Positions 17,157-26,500 of a stretch of DNA of 64,000 bases are shown here, piece by piece. Position numbers and translations under genes: made by a program. The notes under the pieces were generated by a model. That model was not told where the DNA came from. It saw only the letters and a list, made by a program, of their open reading frames with translations, and searched no databases. Source of the stretch: Prevotella sp. (GTDB lineage Bacteria > Bacteroidota > Bacteroidia > Bacteroidales > Bacteroidaceae); NCBI GenBank assembly GCA_045603685.1, contig JAZUMR010000014.1, positions 3,101 to 67,100 of the forward strand, written 5' to 3'. Numbering within the stretch: position 1 is the first letter of the stretch; each line of letters opens with the position of its first letter.

Positions 17157-18149
17157 TTAGTCAGCCTGGAGTGTGAAGCGCTTGAAAGCAACCACTGTGA
17201 GGTCCTTGTCAGCAGCCTGGAGATACTGAGCGACAGTCATCTTAGAATCCTGGATGAACTCCTGATTGAGGAGGCAAGACTCCTTGAAGAACTTCTTCAG
17301 ACGTCCCTGTGCGATGTTCTGAATCATCTGCTCTGGGAGGTTTGCTGCCTTCTCAGCAGAAACTGTAGCGATGATTTCTTTAGCCTTCTCTACGTCCTCA
17401 GCTGTAATCCAGCCCTTAGACATGTTAGACTCCATGTGAGCCTCGCTGTCAACGTGTGCTGGGTTGATGCCTGCCTTCTTGAGTGCAGCCTCAACAGCCT
17501 TCTGAACCTGCTCCTGCTTTGTCTTCTCAACAGCAACCTTGATCTCCTCGTCGATTACAGCCTGAGAAACAGACTTCTCGTCGAGAGCGATTGGGTTCAT
17601 AGCAGCTACCTGCATAGCTACTACGTGAGCCTGCTCAGCAGCCTCCTTGTTTGTCTGTACGAGTGTGCAGAGGAGGTTACGGTTCATGTGGTTGTAAGCC
17701 TCGATGTTGTCACCCTCAAGGAAGTTGTATCCATCGAGCTCCATCTTCTCGCCTGTAACGCCAGAGCGCTCTGTAACAGCAGCAGCAACAGTCACGCCGC
17801 TTGCGAGTGTGAGAGCGTTCACCTCGTCGATGCTCTTAGCCTTAGCAGCAACAGCAGCGTCGATGATCTCCTGTGTCAGCTTGATGTAGTCAGCGCCGTT
17901 AGCCACGAAGTCAGTCTCGCACTTGAGTGCGATGATAGCAGCGAAGCCGTCAGCAACCTTAGCGAGTACGCATCCGTTAGATGTCTCACGGTCAGCACGC
18001 TTTGCAGCGATAGCCTGTCCGCGCTGGCGAAGGATTTCCTTTGCCTTATCCATATCGCCCTCAGCCTCTGTGAGAGCCTTCTTGACATCAGCGAGTCCAG
18101 CGCCAGTCATAGCGCGGAGCTTCTTGATGTCTTCCATTGATATAGCCAT
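17157..18149 (-). CDS. tsf: Translation elongation factor Ts
   Basis: MAISMEDIKKLRAMTGAGLADVKKALTEAEGDMDKAKEILRQRG. I trimmed the start to ATG 18149; the track's 24-aa extension has no homology logic. Confidence 0.95.
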   Translation of the reverse strand: MAISMEDIKKLRAMTGAGLADVKKALTEAEGDMDKAKEILRQRGQAIAAKRADRETSNGCVLAKVADGFAAIIALKCETDFVANGADYIKLTQEIIDAAVAAKAKSIDEVNALTLASGVTVAAAVTERSGVTGEKMELDGYNFLEGDNIEAYNHMNRNLLCTLVQTNKEAAEQAHVVAMQVAAMNPIALDEKSVSQAVIDEEIKVAVEKTKQEQVQKAVEAALKKAGINPAHVDSEAHMESNMSKGWITAEDVEKAKEIIATVSAEKAANLPEQMIQNIAQGRLKKFFKESCLLNQEFIQDSKMTVAQYLQAADKDLTVVAFKRFTLQAD

Positions 18150-18232
18150 GTGTGTAAAGTTTTTTAGTGGGTTATAAGATGCAAAGATGCAAATACCATA
18201 TTGGAATATTTGCATCTTCACATAAATTCTAT

Positions 18233-19039
18233 TTATTCAGCAGCAGCCTCTTCTGTTGCCTCTTCCTTGCGAGCACGGCGTGAACCACGCTTCTTTCCCT
18301 CTGCAGCTTCCTCAGCCTGCTCTGCAGCAGCCTTTTCGTCAGCCTTCTCAGCCTTGCGCTCTTCGAGACCTTCAGCGATAGCCTGGCAGCATGCTGTAAG
18401 GATTGCATCTACAGAGTCCTTAGCGTCGTCGTTAGCAGGGATTGGGAAGTTAACCTTGTTAGGGTCAGAGTTTGTATCGCAGATAGCGAAAACAGGGATT
18501 CTGAGGCGCTGTGCTTCAGCGATAGCGATGTGCTCTTTGAGTACGTCAACTACGAAGATAGCAGATGGCAGGCGTGTGAGGTCAGCGATAGAACCGAGGT
18601 TCTTTTCGAGCTTAGCGCGCTGGCGTGTCACCTGCAGGAGTTCGCGCTTAGAAAGGTTAGAGAATGTTCCGTCGGCAATAAGTTTGTCGATGTTCGCCAT
18701 TTTCTTGATAGCCTTACGAATTGTAGGGAAGTTAGTGAGCATACCGCCCGCCCAACGTTCGTTAACGTATGGCATATTTACGCTTGCTGCCTTCTCGGCA
18801 ACGATGTCCTTAGCTTGTTTTTTAGTAGCGACGAACAGGATTTTCTTTCCTGACTTAGCGATCTGCTTGAGTTCCTCTGCAGCCTGTTCTGTCATAGCGA
18901 CAGTCTTGTGGAGGTCGATGATGTGAATGCCGTTACGCTCCATGAAGATGTAAGGAGCCATAGCTGGGTTCCACTTGCGGCGGAGGTGTCCGAAGTGACA
19001 GCCTGCCTGAAGCAGCTGTTCAAAATTTGTTCTTGACAT
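18233..19039 (-). CDS. rpsB: 30S ribosomal protein S2
   Basis: MSRTNFEQLLQAGCHFGHLRRKWNPAMAPYIF. Start trimmed to ATG 19039. Charged C-terminal tail. Confidence 0.95.
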   Translation of the reverse strand: MSRTNFEQLLQAGCHFGHLRRKWNPAMAPYIFMERNGIHIIDLHKTVAMTEQAAEELKQIAKSGKKILFVATKKQAKDIVAEKAASVNMPYVNERWAGGMLTNFPTIRKAIKKMANIDKLIADGTFSNLSKRELLQVTRQRAKLEKNLGSIADLTRLPSAIFVVDVLKEHIAIAEAQRLRIPVFAICDTNSDPNKVNFPIPANDDAKDSVDAILTACCQAIAEGLEERKAEKADEKAAAEQAEEAAEGKKRGSRRARKEEATEEAAAE

Positions 19040-19072
19040 AGTCTTTTTGTTTGTTTTTTTTGTTGTGACGCT

Positions 19073-19206
19073 GGGTCTCGCCCTGTTTGTCTCAACGTTG
19101 TTTACGTTCTTTTTAATTCTTTTTGTTTTTAGAATCAGCCAGCGAGTAGCCATGCGGGTCTCGCCAGTTTAGATGCTAAACATCCACTATGTATTCTGGG
19201 TCTGCC
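19073..19206 (-). promoter_or_regulatory. Three copies of GGCGAGACCC (minus-strand sense) in the rpsI-rpsB spacer; candidate leader element
   Basis: The + strand reads gggtctcgcc at 19073 and 19156, and gggtctgcc at 19198. There is no TAnnTTTG box in the 248-nt spacer. Confidence 0.35.
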
Positions 19207-19287
19207 GATATGCGTCATGCTGTGAATCTCACGTTCAGGAAGCATAGTGCCAGTCCCATATCCATTGTCAGCGGAGCGTTCTCTGTA

Positions 19288-19674
19288 TTAACGCTTAGAG
19301 AACTGGAAGCGGCGACGTGCTTTTGGCTGTCCTGGCTTCTTACGCTCTACCTCACGAGCATCGCGAGTGATAAAGCCTGCCTGACGGAGTGCCTTCTTGT
19401 CGTCAGCGTTAACCTTAACGAGTGCGCGAGCGATAGCGAGGCGGAGAGCCTGGCTCTGTCCTGTGAAGCCGCCACCGTCGAGGTTAGCCTTAATATCATA
19501 CTTCTCAGCAACCTCGAGGAGCTGGAGTGGCTGCTTAACCACATACTGGAGGATAGCTGAAGGGAAGTACTGGTTCAAATCTTTCTTATTGATAGTGATC
19601 TTGCCTGTACCTTCTGTAAGGTAAACACGAGCTACAGAGCTCTTGCGGCGACCGATTGCATTAATCTGTTCCAT
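19288..19674 (-). CDS. rpsI: 30S ribosomal protein S9
   Basis: 128 aa ending in the conserved KKPGQPKARRRFQFSKR. Confidence 0.95.
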   Translation of the reverse strand: MEQINAIGRRKSSVARVYLTEGTGKITINKKDLNQYFPSAILQYVVKQPLQLLEVAEKYDIKANLDGGGFTGQSQALRLAIARALVKVNADDKKALRQAGFITRDAREVERKKPGQPKARRRFQFSKR

Positions 19675-19687
19675 CTTCTGCTGCTAA

Positions 19688-20149
19688 TTATTTGTACTGG
19701 TTGATGTCGATAACTTTTGGCTGCTGAGCCTGCTGCTGGTGCTCTGTGCCCTCATATATATAGAGGTTCTTGAGGAGTGAGCGTCCGAGTGGGCCTTTTG
19801 GGAGCATGCCTTTTACTGCGTGACGAATGATTCTGTCTGCGCCGTCCTTCTTTGTACGGAGCTGAGCAGGAGTGTTGAAACGCTGTCCGCCAGGATAGCC
19901 AGTGTAGCGTGTGTACACCTTGTCTGTTTCCTTCTTACCAGTGAATACAACCTTAGCTGCGTTGATGATGATTACATTGTCTCCACAATCAACATGTGGT
20001 GTGAAAGTTGGCTTGTACTTTCCGCGAATAAGCTTTGCAACCTTTGAAGCGAGGCGACCTACAACCTGGTCTGTTGCGTCGATAACGACCCATTCCTTCT
20101 TGGCTGTTTCCTTGTTTACGGAAATAGTCTTGTAACTTAAAGTGTTCAT
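19688..20149 (-). CDS. rplM: 50S ribosomal protein L13
   Basis: MNTLSYKTISVNKETAKKEWVVIDA. Start trimmed to ATG 20149. Confidence 0.95.
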   Translation of the reverse strand: MNTLSYKTISVNKETAKKEWVVIDATDQVVGRLASKVAKLIRGKYKPTFTPHVDCGDNVIIINAAKVVFTGKKETDKVYTRYTGYPGGQRFNTPAQLRTKKDGADRIIRHAVKGMLPKGPLGRSLLKNLYIYEGTEHQQQAQQPKVIDINQYK

Positions 20150-20293
20150 TTCTAATTTAAATTTTACTACTAAAAAACATTTAATTTCCAATTGGTGAGC
20201 AGATTCACTAACCGTCGTGCTCGGCCAAGGGCACAACTATTAACACTACATCACCTGGGGATTCTAAGTTCACCCCCGGACATAATCGGACTG

Positions 20294-20301
20294 CAAAGGT
20301 A
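20294..20301 (-). promoter_or_regulatory. -7 box TACCTTTG for the rplM-rpsI-rpsB-tsf cluster
   Basis: The + strand reads caaaggta, about 145 nt upstream of the rplM ATG. Confidence 0.55.
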
Positions 20302-20555
20302 CTATATTAAAATGAGGTAGACAGCAGCGAGCGAGTGTCAACCTTTACTTTTTACAATAGTTTAACATTTAAATACAGGAAGTAACGTAAAAATTCACAA
20401 TCCGCACATCAAAACACACATCACACGATGTTAAGAAAATATCATCTCACGCAGAATCCAGACCCACTCCAATACTTTCTTGCAGCATGCAGAAATCCGC
20501 AGATTCACACTCCGACGACTGCAAACCAGCAGGAAAAAGCGCAGAGGGCAGGCCT

Positions 20556-20665
20556 TCGGACAGGAAAAGCAGCGAATCATGACGCAAGAAGCAGTGTCTT
20601 GGTGTGCAAAAAGTAGCGAATGAGCATGCTAAAAGCAGCGTTTTATGGTGCAAGAAGCAGCATCT
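20556..20665 (+). repeat. Exactly 22-bp-phased degenerate array (5 units, consensus ..gCAAgAAGCAGcg..), family B module
   Basis: AAGCAG or AAGTAG at 20567, 20589, 20611, 20633 and 20655. One unit, tgcaaaaagtagcgaatg, is the reverse complement of cattcgctacttcttgca in the copies at 50960 and 63392. Confidence 0.8.
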
Positions 20666-20885
20666 TGCATAGCAGAACGAGGAGAATTAGAGAAAGAATA
20701 TTTGTAACACACTATTACACAATCACTTACGCAAAAGCCGAAAATTACGAAAAATCCAGCCAAGCACACATCCGCGAGAAACAGACGCAGGATTCTGGCG
20801 CAGGAAAGTATCACTGCATGCAGGAATAAAGGCATGGCTGACACTTTCTTGACATAGCAGTATCAAAATCTGGTAATAACAGTCC

Positions 20886-21100
20886 ATGCCATTGGCGGCA
20901 GCGCACAGCTTCCGCAGAATACAGCAGTTCAAAAATAAGAAATAAAAAACGTGCCATCAGCAACAGAGCACAGCATCCGCAGAATACAGCAGTACATAAA
21001 CAAGAAATAAAAAACGTGCCATCAGCGGCAGAGCACAGCATCCGCAGAATACAGCAGTACATAAACAAGAAAATAAAAAACGTGCCATCAGCGGCAGACT
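20886..21100. repeat. 65/66-bp tandem repeat, about 3.3 units
   Basis: Units start at 20886, 20951, 21016 and 21082 (gtgccatcagcggcagagcacagcatccgcagaatacagcagtacataaacaagaaataaaaaac). Confidence 0.9.
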
Positions 21101-21206
21101 GCACGACACAGCCTGCCACCAATGGCACACCAGCCCCTCGTCATCATGGCAGGAAGCCACGGCGAGGGTAATATGCGAATACGTTTATGGCGTATCCAGC
21201 CGCAGA

Positions 21207-21752
21207 TTATCTTGTGGCGTAGAAGAGTCCGTCGTAAACCTCCATGCGCAGCTGGTTCACGCCCTCCTTATTGAGTGCCACGTTCATTGTCTCGCCGTTA
21301 GGCAGCACAGCCTGTATTGTACCGTCTTCATTGAAGCGGAAGAGCTCCTTCATCTTGCCGTCAGCATCGCTCGACCAAGACTTGTTCTTCTTGTCGTAGA
21401 TGAATGTAACTGTCTCACCCTCAGGGTTTGTTATCTCATAGCCCTTCTTTGTAGTCTTCACTGCATACATGATACCGTCGCCGCCCATGACATTCTTCAC
21501 CTTGCCATTGTCAGCCACAGGGTTGTCTCCAGTCCAGAACTCAATGCTGTTGAGCACGAGCACGTCTACTGCTCCGCACACGGCATAGGCTGGCGAGATG
21601 AGCACGAAGATTATCTCGTTTATGAATTTGTCGCTGATGGAGCTGTTCCATGCCAGCAGTTTGTTAAACAATCCGAATGAACCGATACACGATGTCATTC
21701 CCATTGACAGTGCTATGATGCACGCCATGGCTTTGATAGAGATTTTTTTCAT
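21207..21752 (-). CDS. DUF3332-like lipoprotein
   Basis: MKKISIKAMACIIALSMGMTSCIGSFGLFNKLLAWNSSISDKFINEIIF..VLVLNSIEFWTG resembles the DUF3332 family as I remember it. Start trimmed to ATG 21752. Confidence 0.65.
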   Translation of the reverse strand: MKKISIKAMACIIALSMGMTSCIGSFGLFNKLLAWNSSISDKFINEIIFVLISPAYAVCGAVDVLVLNSIEFWTGDNPVADNGKVKNVMGGDGIMYAVKTTKKGYEITNPEGETVTFIYDKKNKSWSSDADGKMKELFRFNEDGTIQAVLPNGETMNVALNKEGVNQLRMEVYDGLFYATR

Positions 21753-21896
21753 GTCTGTCAAGTAATTTAATTGATTAAACATATTGTGTTTGTAATAGTC
21801 ATCATCTTCCCAACTACTGCCCGCAGCATCTGTCCTGAAGGCATTGCATGGGGCGGATTAGCATGTCATGGACACCCATCCATGCATTTCCGTTTG

Positions 21897-21904
21897 CAAA
21901 GATA
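21897..21904 (-). promoter_or_regulatory. -7 box TATCTTTG for the DUF3332-like gene
   Basis: The + strand reads caaagata. Confidence 0.5.
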
Positions 21905-22298
21905 CGTTTTTTTATCCATTATCCATAAGTAAAAAGGCTATATTTTGTATAAAAATGTTATCTTTCGCAAAATACTTGTGTTTTTCCACAAATATGGTTT
22001 GCCAGCCTATTCCTGTCTGTCCCGGAGCGAAAACCGCAGACGCAGGGCGGTGGCAGAGAAGAACTGAGTGCGGCAGGGGAAGCCACGACGCATGTAAGCA
22101 AATCGTGCCGCATAGCAGCAAAGTGACACCTTTACACCGCATTCGCTCACCCAAGAGCGGCTTATCACCCCATACGCTGCCGTTTCTCCATAGCAGCATG
22201 GCAACATATCGCTCTGCGGCATACGCCGGAAAGGGCGCATTTAAAGTTTTTTATATATTATATCTTTTTAATAATGTGTGTAGTTTAAAACATTTTAG

Positions 22299-22306
22299 TA
22301 TCTTTG
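22299..22306 (+). promoter_or_regulatory. -7 box TATCTTTG heading the glycosidase block
   Basis: Exact motif, 68 nt upstream of the GH95 ATG. A hairpin cgctctt/aagagcg (22334-22356) lies in the leader. Confidence 0.55.
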
Positions 22307-22373
22307 CAGAGAATTTGAGTTAATCTTTCACACGCTCTTATAACATGCAAGAGCGCAAGAACAATTATATACT

Positions 22374-24839
22374 ATGACAAAAAGAACTTTATTTGCGATT
22401 TTCGCAGCATTTTTCTGTGCCTTAACCCTTCAGGCGCAGGAGTATCGTTTGTGGTATAACTCTCCCGCAGAGGTATGGACAGAGGCGCTGCCATTGGGCA
22501 ACGGACGTCTCGGAGCAATGGTATACGGCATACCGACAACTGAGCGTCTGCAGCTGAACGAGGAGACGATATGGGCGGGACAGCCTAATACAAACGCCAA
22601 CAAGAAGTCGAAGCCATGGGTGGAGAAGGTGCGTAAGCTCGTGTTCGACGGCAAATTCACCGAGGCGCAGGACATGGCTAACGAGCACCTGATGTCTGGC
22701 TCGAACAGCGGAATGCCTTATCAGACATTCGGCGACCTATACATCTCTACCCCATCGCATGCCGGATACGAGAACTACGAGCGCTATCTGTCGCTCGACT
22801 CGGCTGTGGCTGTGACCGAATACACCGTTGATGGCGTGCGCTACCGTCGTGAAGCGCTCACCTCTTTCACGGACAACGTGATAAAGGCCAGACTGACTGC
22901 TTCTAAGCCGGGCAGCATAACATTCAACGCAAACATGACTTCGCCTCACCACGATGTTATCATCAAGAGCGAAGGAAAAGAGGTTTCGCTTGAGGGTGTG
23001 ACACCAACTCACGAGAAACTAAAGGGAAAAGTGAAGTTCCAGGGACGCCTTGCGGTGCAGACAAAGGGCGGACAGACCATCTCACGCGATGGCGTTATCA
23101 GCGTGAAAGGGGCTGACGAGGCTATTGTATATGTAAGCATCGCAACAAACTTCGTAAACTATAAGGACATCTCTGCCGACGAGGCAAAACGCTGCAAGGA
23201 GTATCTGCAGAAGGCAATGAAGAGCGACTATGAGGCTGACCGTGCAAAGCACATAGCCTTCTTCCAGCAGTATATGAACCGCTCAAGACTATGGCTCGGG
23301 GAGAATAAGTTCCCGAACCTCACCACATCGCAGCGTGTGGAGCAGTTCGCAAAGAACAATGACAATCATCTCGTGGGCACATACTACGCCTTCGGACGCT
23401 ACCTGCTCATCTGCTCTTCACAGCCTGGCGGACAGGCGGCTAACCTCCAGGGCATCTGGAATGACAAGCTTCTGCCGTCATGGGACTCAAAATACACTTG
23501 CAACATCAACCTCGAAATGAACTACTGGCCGTCAGAAGTGACTAACCTCACTGAGCTGAACGACCCGCTCTTCAGCCTCATACGCGACGTGAGCGTGACT
23601 GGCGCGGCTACAGCGCAGACCATGTACGGCGCTGGAGGATGGGTGCTGCATCACAATACCGACATCTGGCGCATCACAGGACCTGTAGACAGCGCATCGT
23701 CAGGACTCTGGATGATGGGCGGCCCATGGCTCTGCCATCATCTGTGGGACCACTATCTCTTCACTGGCGACAAGGATTTCCTGCGCCAGTACTACCCTAT
23801 CATGAAAGGCGCGGCTGAGTTTGCAGACAATATGCTCGTCAAAGACCCTAATACAGGATACATGGTGATATGCCCGTCTGTATCGCCTGAGAACTATCAT
23901 CCTGCTGACCAGGGCAAGAAAAACATAGCGGCTGGATGTGCCATGGACGACCAGCTGTGCGCCGAGATATTCGGAACGGTAGCACAGGCGGCAGCAGTGC
24001 TTGGCGTTGACGACGACCTCGCTAAGTATTATCTCGAAAGAATAAAGCTGCTGACTCCTGGCACTGTGGGCCGTTGGGGACAGCTGCAGGAATGGGCTGA
24101 GGACTGGGACGACCCGAAGGATGACCATCGCCATGTGTCACACCTCTACGGACTGTATCCTGGCACAAGCATCTCGCCATTCCGCACTCCTGAGCTCTTC
24201 GATGCAGCACGCACTTCGCTCATTCACCGCGGCGACCCTTCTACGGGCTGGTCTATGGGATGGAAGGTGTGTCTTTGGGCTCGAATGCTCGACGGAGAAC
24301 ACGCATATAAACTCATAAAGGAACAACTGAAACTCACTGACGACAAGTTTGTGCCTTACGGAAAGAAGAAAAAGAGCGGCGGAACATTCGGCAATCTCTT
24401 CGACGCACACCCTCCTTTCCAGATTGACGGCAACTTCGGATGCACGGCAGGCATAGCCGAAATGATAGTGCAGAGCCACGACGGCTGTGTCTATCTGCTG
24501 CCTGCAATACCTTCTGTATGGAGCGAAGGACGCATAACGGGTGTTCGTCTGCGTGGCGGATTCATCATTGAGGAACTGGCATGGAAGGACGGTAAGATTA
24601 CCACATGCAAGATAAAGTCAACTATCGGAGGCAATCTGAGAGTCAAATCAAACTATCCTATTAAGGGAAAAGGCCTGCGCAAGGCTAAAGGCGAGAACCC
24701 TAACGCACTGTACAAGGTGCCTGTGACTCTTGAAACACGTAACAACAGCAAGGTAGAACTAAAGCCTGTCAATGCTCCTAAGTCATACTCTTACGACATA
24801 AAGACTAAGGCTGGAGAGGTTAAGACATTCAAGAACTAA
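22374..24839 (+). CDS. Glycoside hydrolase family 95 (alpha-L-fucosidase / alpha-L-galactosidase type)
   Basis: 821 aa with a signal peptide. YRLWYNSPAEVWTEALPLGNGRLGAMVYG..LQLNEETIWAG and NINLEMNYWP are GH95 hallmarks. Confidence 0.9.
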   Translation: MTKRTLFAIFAAFFCALTLQAQEYRLWYNSPAEVWTEALPLGNGRLGAMVYGIPTTERLQLNEETIWAGQPNTNANKKSKPWVEKVRKLVFDGKFTEAQDMANEHLMSGSNSGMPYQTFGDLYISTPSHAGYENYERYLSLDSAVAVTEYTVDGVRYRREALTSFTDNVIKARLTASKPGSITFNANMTSPHHDVIIKSEGKEVSLEGVTPTHEKLKGKVKFQGRLAVQTKGGQTISRDGVISVKGADEAIVYVSIATNFVNYKDISADEAKRCKEYLQKAMKSDYEADRAKHIAFFQQYMNRSRLWLGENKFPNLTTSQRVEQFAKNNDNHLVGTYYAFGRYLLICSSQPGGQAANLQGIWNDKLLPSWDSKYTCNINLEMNYWPSEVTNLTELNDPLFSLIRDVSVTGAATAQTMYGAGGWVLHHNTDIWRITGPVDSASSGLWMMGGPWLCHHLWDHYLFTGDKDFLRQYYPIMKGAAEFADNMLVKDPNTGYMVICPSVSPENYHPADQGKKNIAAGCAMDDQLCAEIFGTVAQAAAVLGVDDDLAKYYLERIKLLTPGTVGRWGQLQEWAEDWDDPKDDHRHVSHLYGLYPGTSISPFRTPELFDAARTSLIHRGDPSTGWSMGWKVCLWARMLDGEHAYKLIKEQLKLTDDKFVPYGKKKKSGGTFGNLFDAHPPFQIDGNFGCTAGIAEMIVQSHDGCVYLLPAIPSVWSEGRITGVRLRGGFIIEELAWKDGKITTCKIKSTIGGNLRVKSNYPIKGKGLRKAKGENPNALYKVPVTLETRNNSKVELKPVNAPKSYSYDIKTKAGEVKTFKN

Positions 24840-24852
24840 GAGAAACAGCTGA

Positions 24853-24890
24853 CGTGTGGCTCACAGGATGCTGAGTCTGAGGGCCACACG
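24853..24890 (+). other. Intercistronic stem-loop (8-bp stem, no U-tract)
   Basis: cgtgtggc (24853-24860) pairs with gccacacg (24883-24890). Confidence 0.6.
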
Positions 24891-24939
24891 GCAGGACTGA
24901 ACCACTAAGAAACAGATAAAACGGAAAATAACAATAACT

Positions 24940-26409
24940 ATGAGAAAACTGCTTACATTCTTATTACTTGCCGTAACGTTAGGCGTTAGCGCGCAAGGCA
25001 ACCAGAAGCCATGGGACAACGGCAAACTGGTGATTTCTAAAAATCAGCGATTCATGCAGCATGAGAACGGCGCTCCGTTCTTCTGGCTCGGCGAAACAGG
25101 ATGGCTTCTGCCAGAGCGTACTGACCGCGCAGAGGCGGCTTTCTATCTGCAGCGCTGCCGCGAGGCTGGATACAACGTCGTGCAGGTGCAGGTGATTGAC
25201 GGTGTGCCGGCATACAACGCATACGGACAGATGTCAAACATCGACGGATGGAACTTCGAGAACATCGACCGCAAGGGCGTATACGGCTACTGGGACCACA
25301 TGGACTACATCATCAAGCAGGCTGAAGCTGAGGGTATATACATCGGCATGGTATGTATCTGGGGCGGACTCGTGAAGGCCGGACTACTCTCTAAGGAGGA
25401 TGCTGTAAAGTACGGAACATTCCTTGCAAACAGATACAAGAACTCGCCAAACATCATCTGGATGATTGGCGGCGACATACAGGGAGACATCAAGAATGAC
25501 GTATGGAACACATTGGCACGCACAATCAAGTCTATAGATAAGAATCATCTTATGACTTATCACCCACGCGGACGCTACACAAGCGCTAAATGGTTCAGCA
25601 AGGCTGAATGGATGGACTTCCATACCTTCCAGTCTGGTCACCGCAGATACAACCAGAGAATGGGAAATAAGGACTATCCTATACAGGAAGGAACAGAGGA
25701 AGACAACTGGATGTATGTCGATTCAACATGGGCTTACAAGCCTATAAAGCCTGTTCTGGATGCTGAGCCAAGCTATGAGGATATCCCACAAGGACTGCAT
25801 GACGCAAACGAACCTCGCTGGATGGACTGCGATGTGCGCCGATATGCTTACTGGTCTGTATTCGCTGGTTCATGCGGACACACCTACGGACACAACGCTA
25901 TAATGCAGTTCCTCAAGCCAGGATACGGCACAAGCTACGGCGATGCTGGCGATGTGAAGACTTGGTATCAGGCTCTTCGTGACCCAGGATTCTCTCAGAT
26001 GAAATACGTGAAGCACCTGATGCTGGCTTTCCCATATTTCGATCGCGTTCCTGACCAGAGCATCATATCTGGCGAAAACGGAACACGCTACAACCGTCTC
26101 ACTGCTACAAGGGGTAATGACTACCTGCTTGTGTATAACTACACCGCAAGGGATATGAACATTGACTTCCGCAAAATATCTGGCAAGACAAAGAAGGTGT
26201 TCTGGATGGATGCCGCAACTGGCAAACTGCTCTATGTAGGAGAGGTTAGCAACAAGATTCACCGCATCAATCCTGACATAAAGGGTGGAAGCGGAGTGAA
26301 CGACGGCGTGCTTATCGCTTTTGATGCATCAAAGGATTATCTCACTTCTGAAATGGAGGTGATTCCTTCTTCGTCTAACTGGAAGAACCTGCGCGACCTT
26401 AACGAATAA
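24940..26409 (+). CDS. GH140-like (DUF4038 apiosidase-like) glycoside hydrolase
   Basis: 489 aa with a signal peptide. GAPFFWLGETGWLL..AGYNVVQVQV matches my memory of the DUF4038/GH140 N-terminal signature. Confidence 0.7.
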   Translation: MRKLLTFLLLAVTLGVSAQGNQKPWDNGKLVISKNQRFMQHENGAPFFWLGETGWLLPERTDRAEAAFYLQRCREAGYNVVQVQVIDGVPAYNAYGQMSNIDGWNFENIDRKGVYGYWDHMDYIIKQAEAEGIYIGMVCIWGGLVKAGLLSKEDAVKYGTFLANRYKNSPNIIWMIGGDIQGDIKNDVWNTLARTIKSIDKNHLMTYHPRGRYTSAKWFSKAEWMDFHTFQSGHRRYNQRMGNKDYPIQEGTEEDNWMYVDSTWAYKPIKPVLDAEPSYEDIPQGLHDANEPRWMDCDVRRYAYWSVFAGSCGHTYGHNAIMQFLKPGYGTSYGDAGDVKTWYQALRDPGFSQMKYVKHLMLAFPYFDRVPDQSIISGENGTRYNRLTATRGNDYLLVYNYTARDMNIDFRKISGKTKKVFWMDAATGKLLYVGEVSNKIHRINPDIKGGSGVNDGVLIAFDASKDYLTSEMEVIPSSSNWKNLRDLNE

Positions 26410-26454
26410 TTTCCCCTTACTGAAAGAAAGAGCATATTAACACTAACAAAAAAA

Positions 26455-26487
26455 TGTCTTCCCGCCTTCAACAAAGGCGGGAAGACA
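26455..26487 (+). other. Intercistronic stem-loop (12-bp stem, no U-tract)
   Basis: tgtcttcccgcc pairs with ggcgggaagaca. Confidence 0.7.
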
Positions 26488-26500
26488 TCATAGCAACGAC

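Noticed and set aside
17436-18926. Long antisense ORFs: 17436-18140 and 18201-18926 here, and similarly 34027-34686, 37368-38024, 48479-49114, 59187-59867 and 61445-62338.
   Set aside because: Each lies fully inside a well-supported gene on the other strand. Their translations are low-complexity (S/L/A/C-rich) with no motifs. They are typical shadow ORFs.
20811-21160. ORFs of 105 and 67 aa with internally repeated peptide sequence; likewise 16737-17057.
   Set aside because: They are a direct consequence of translating tandem DNA repeats, with no start context or promoter.
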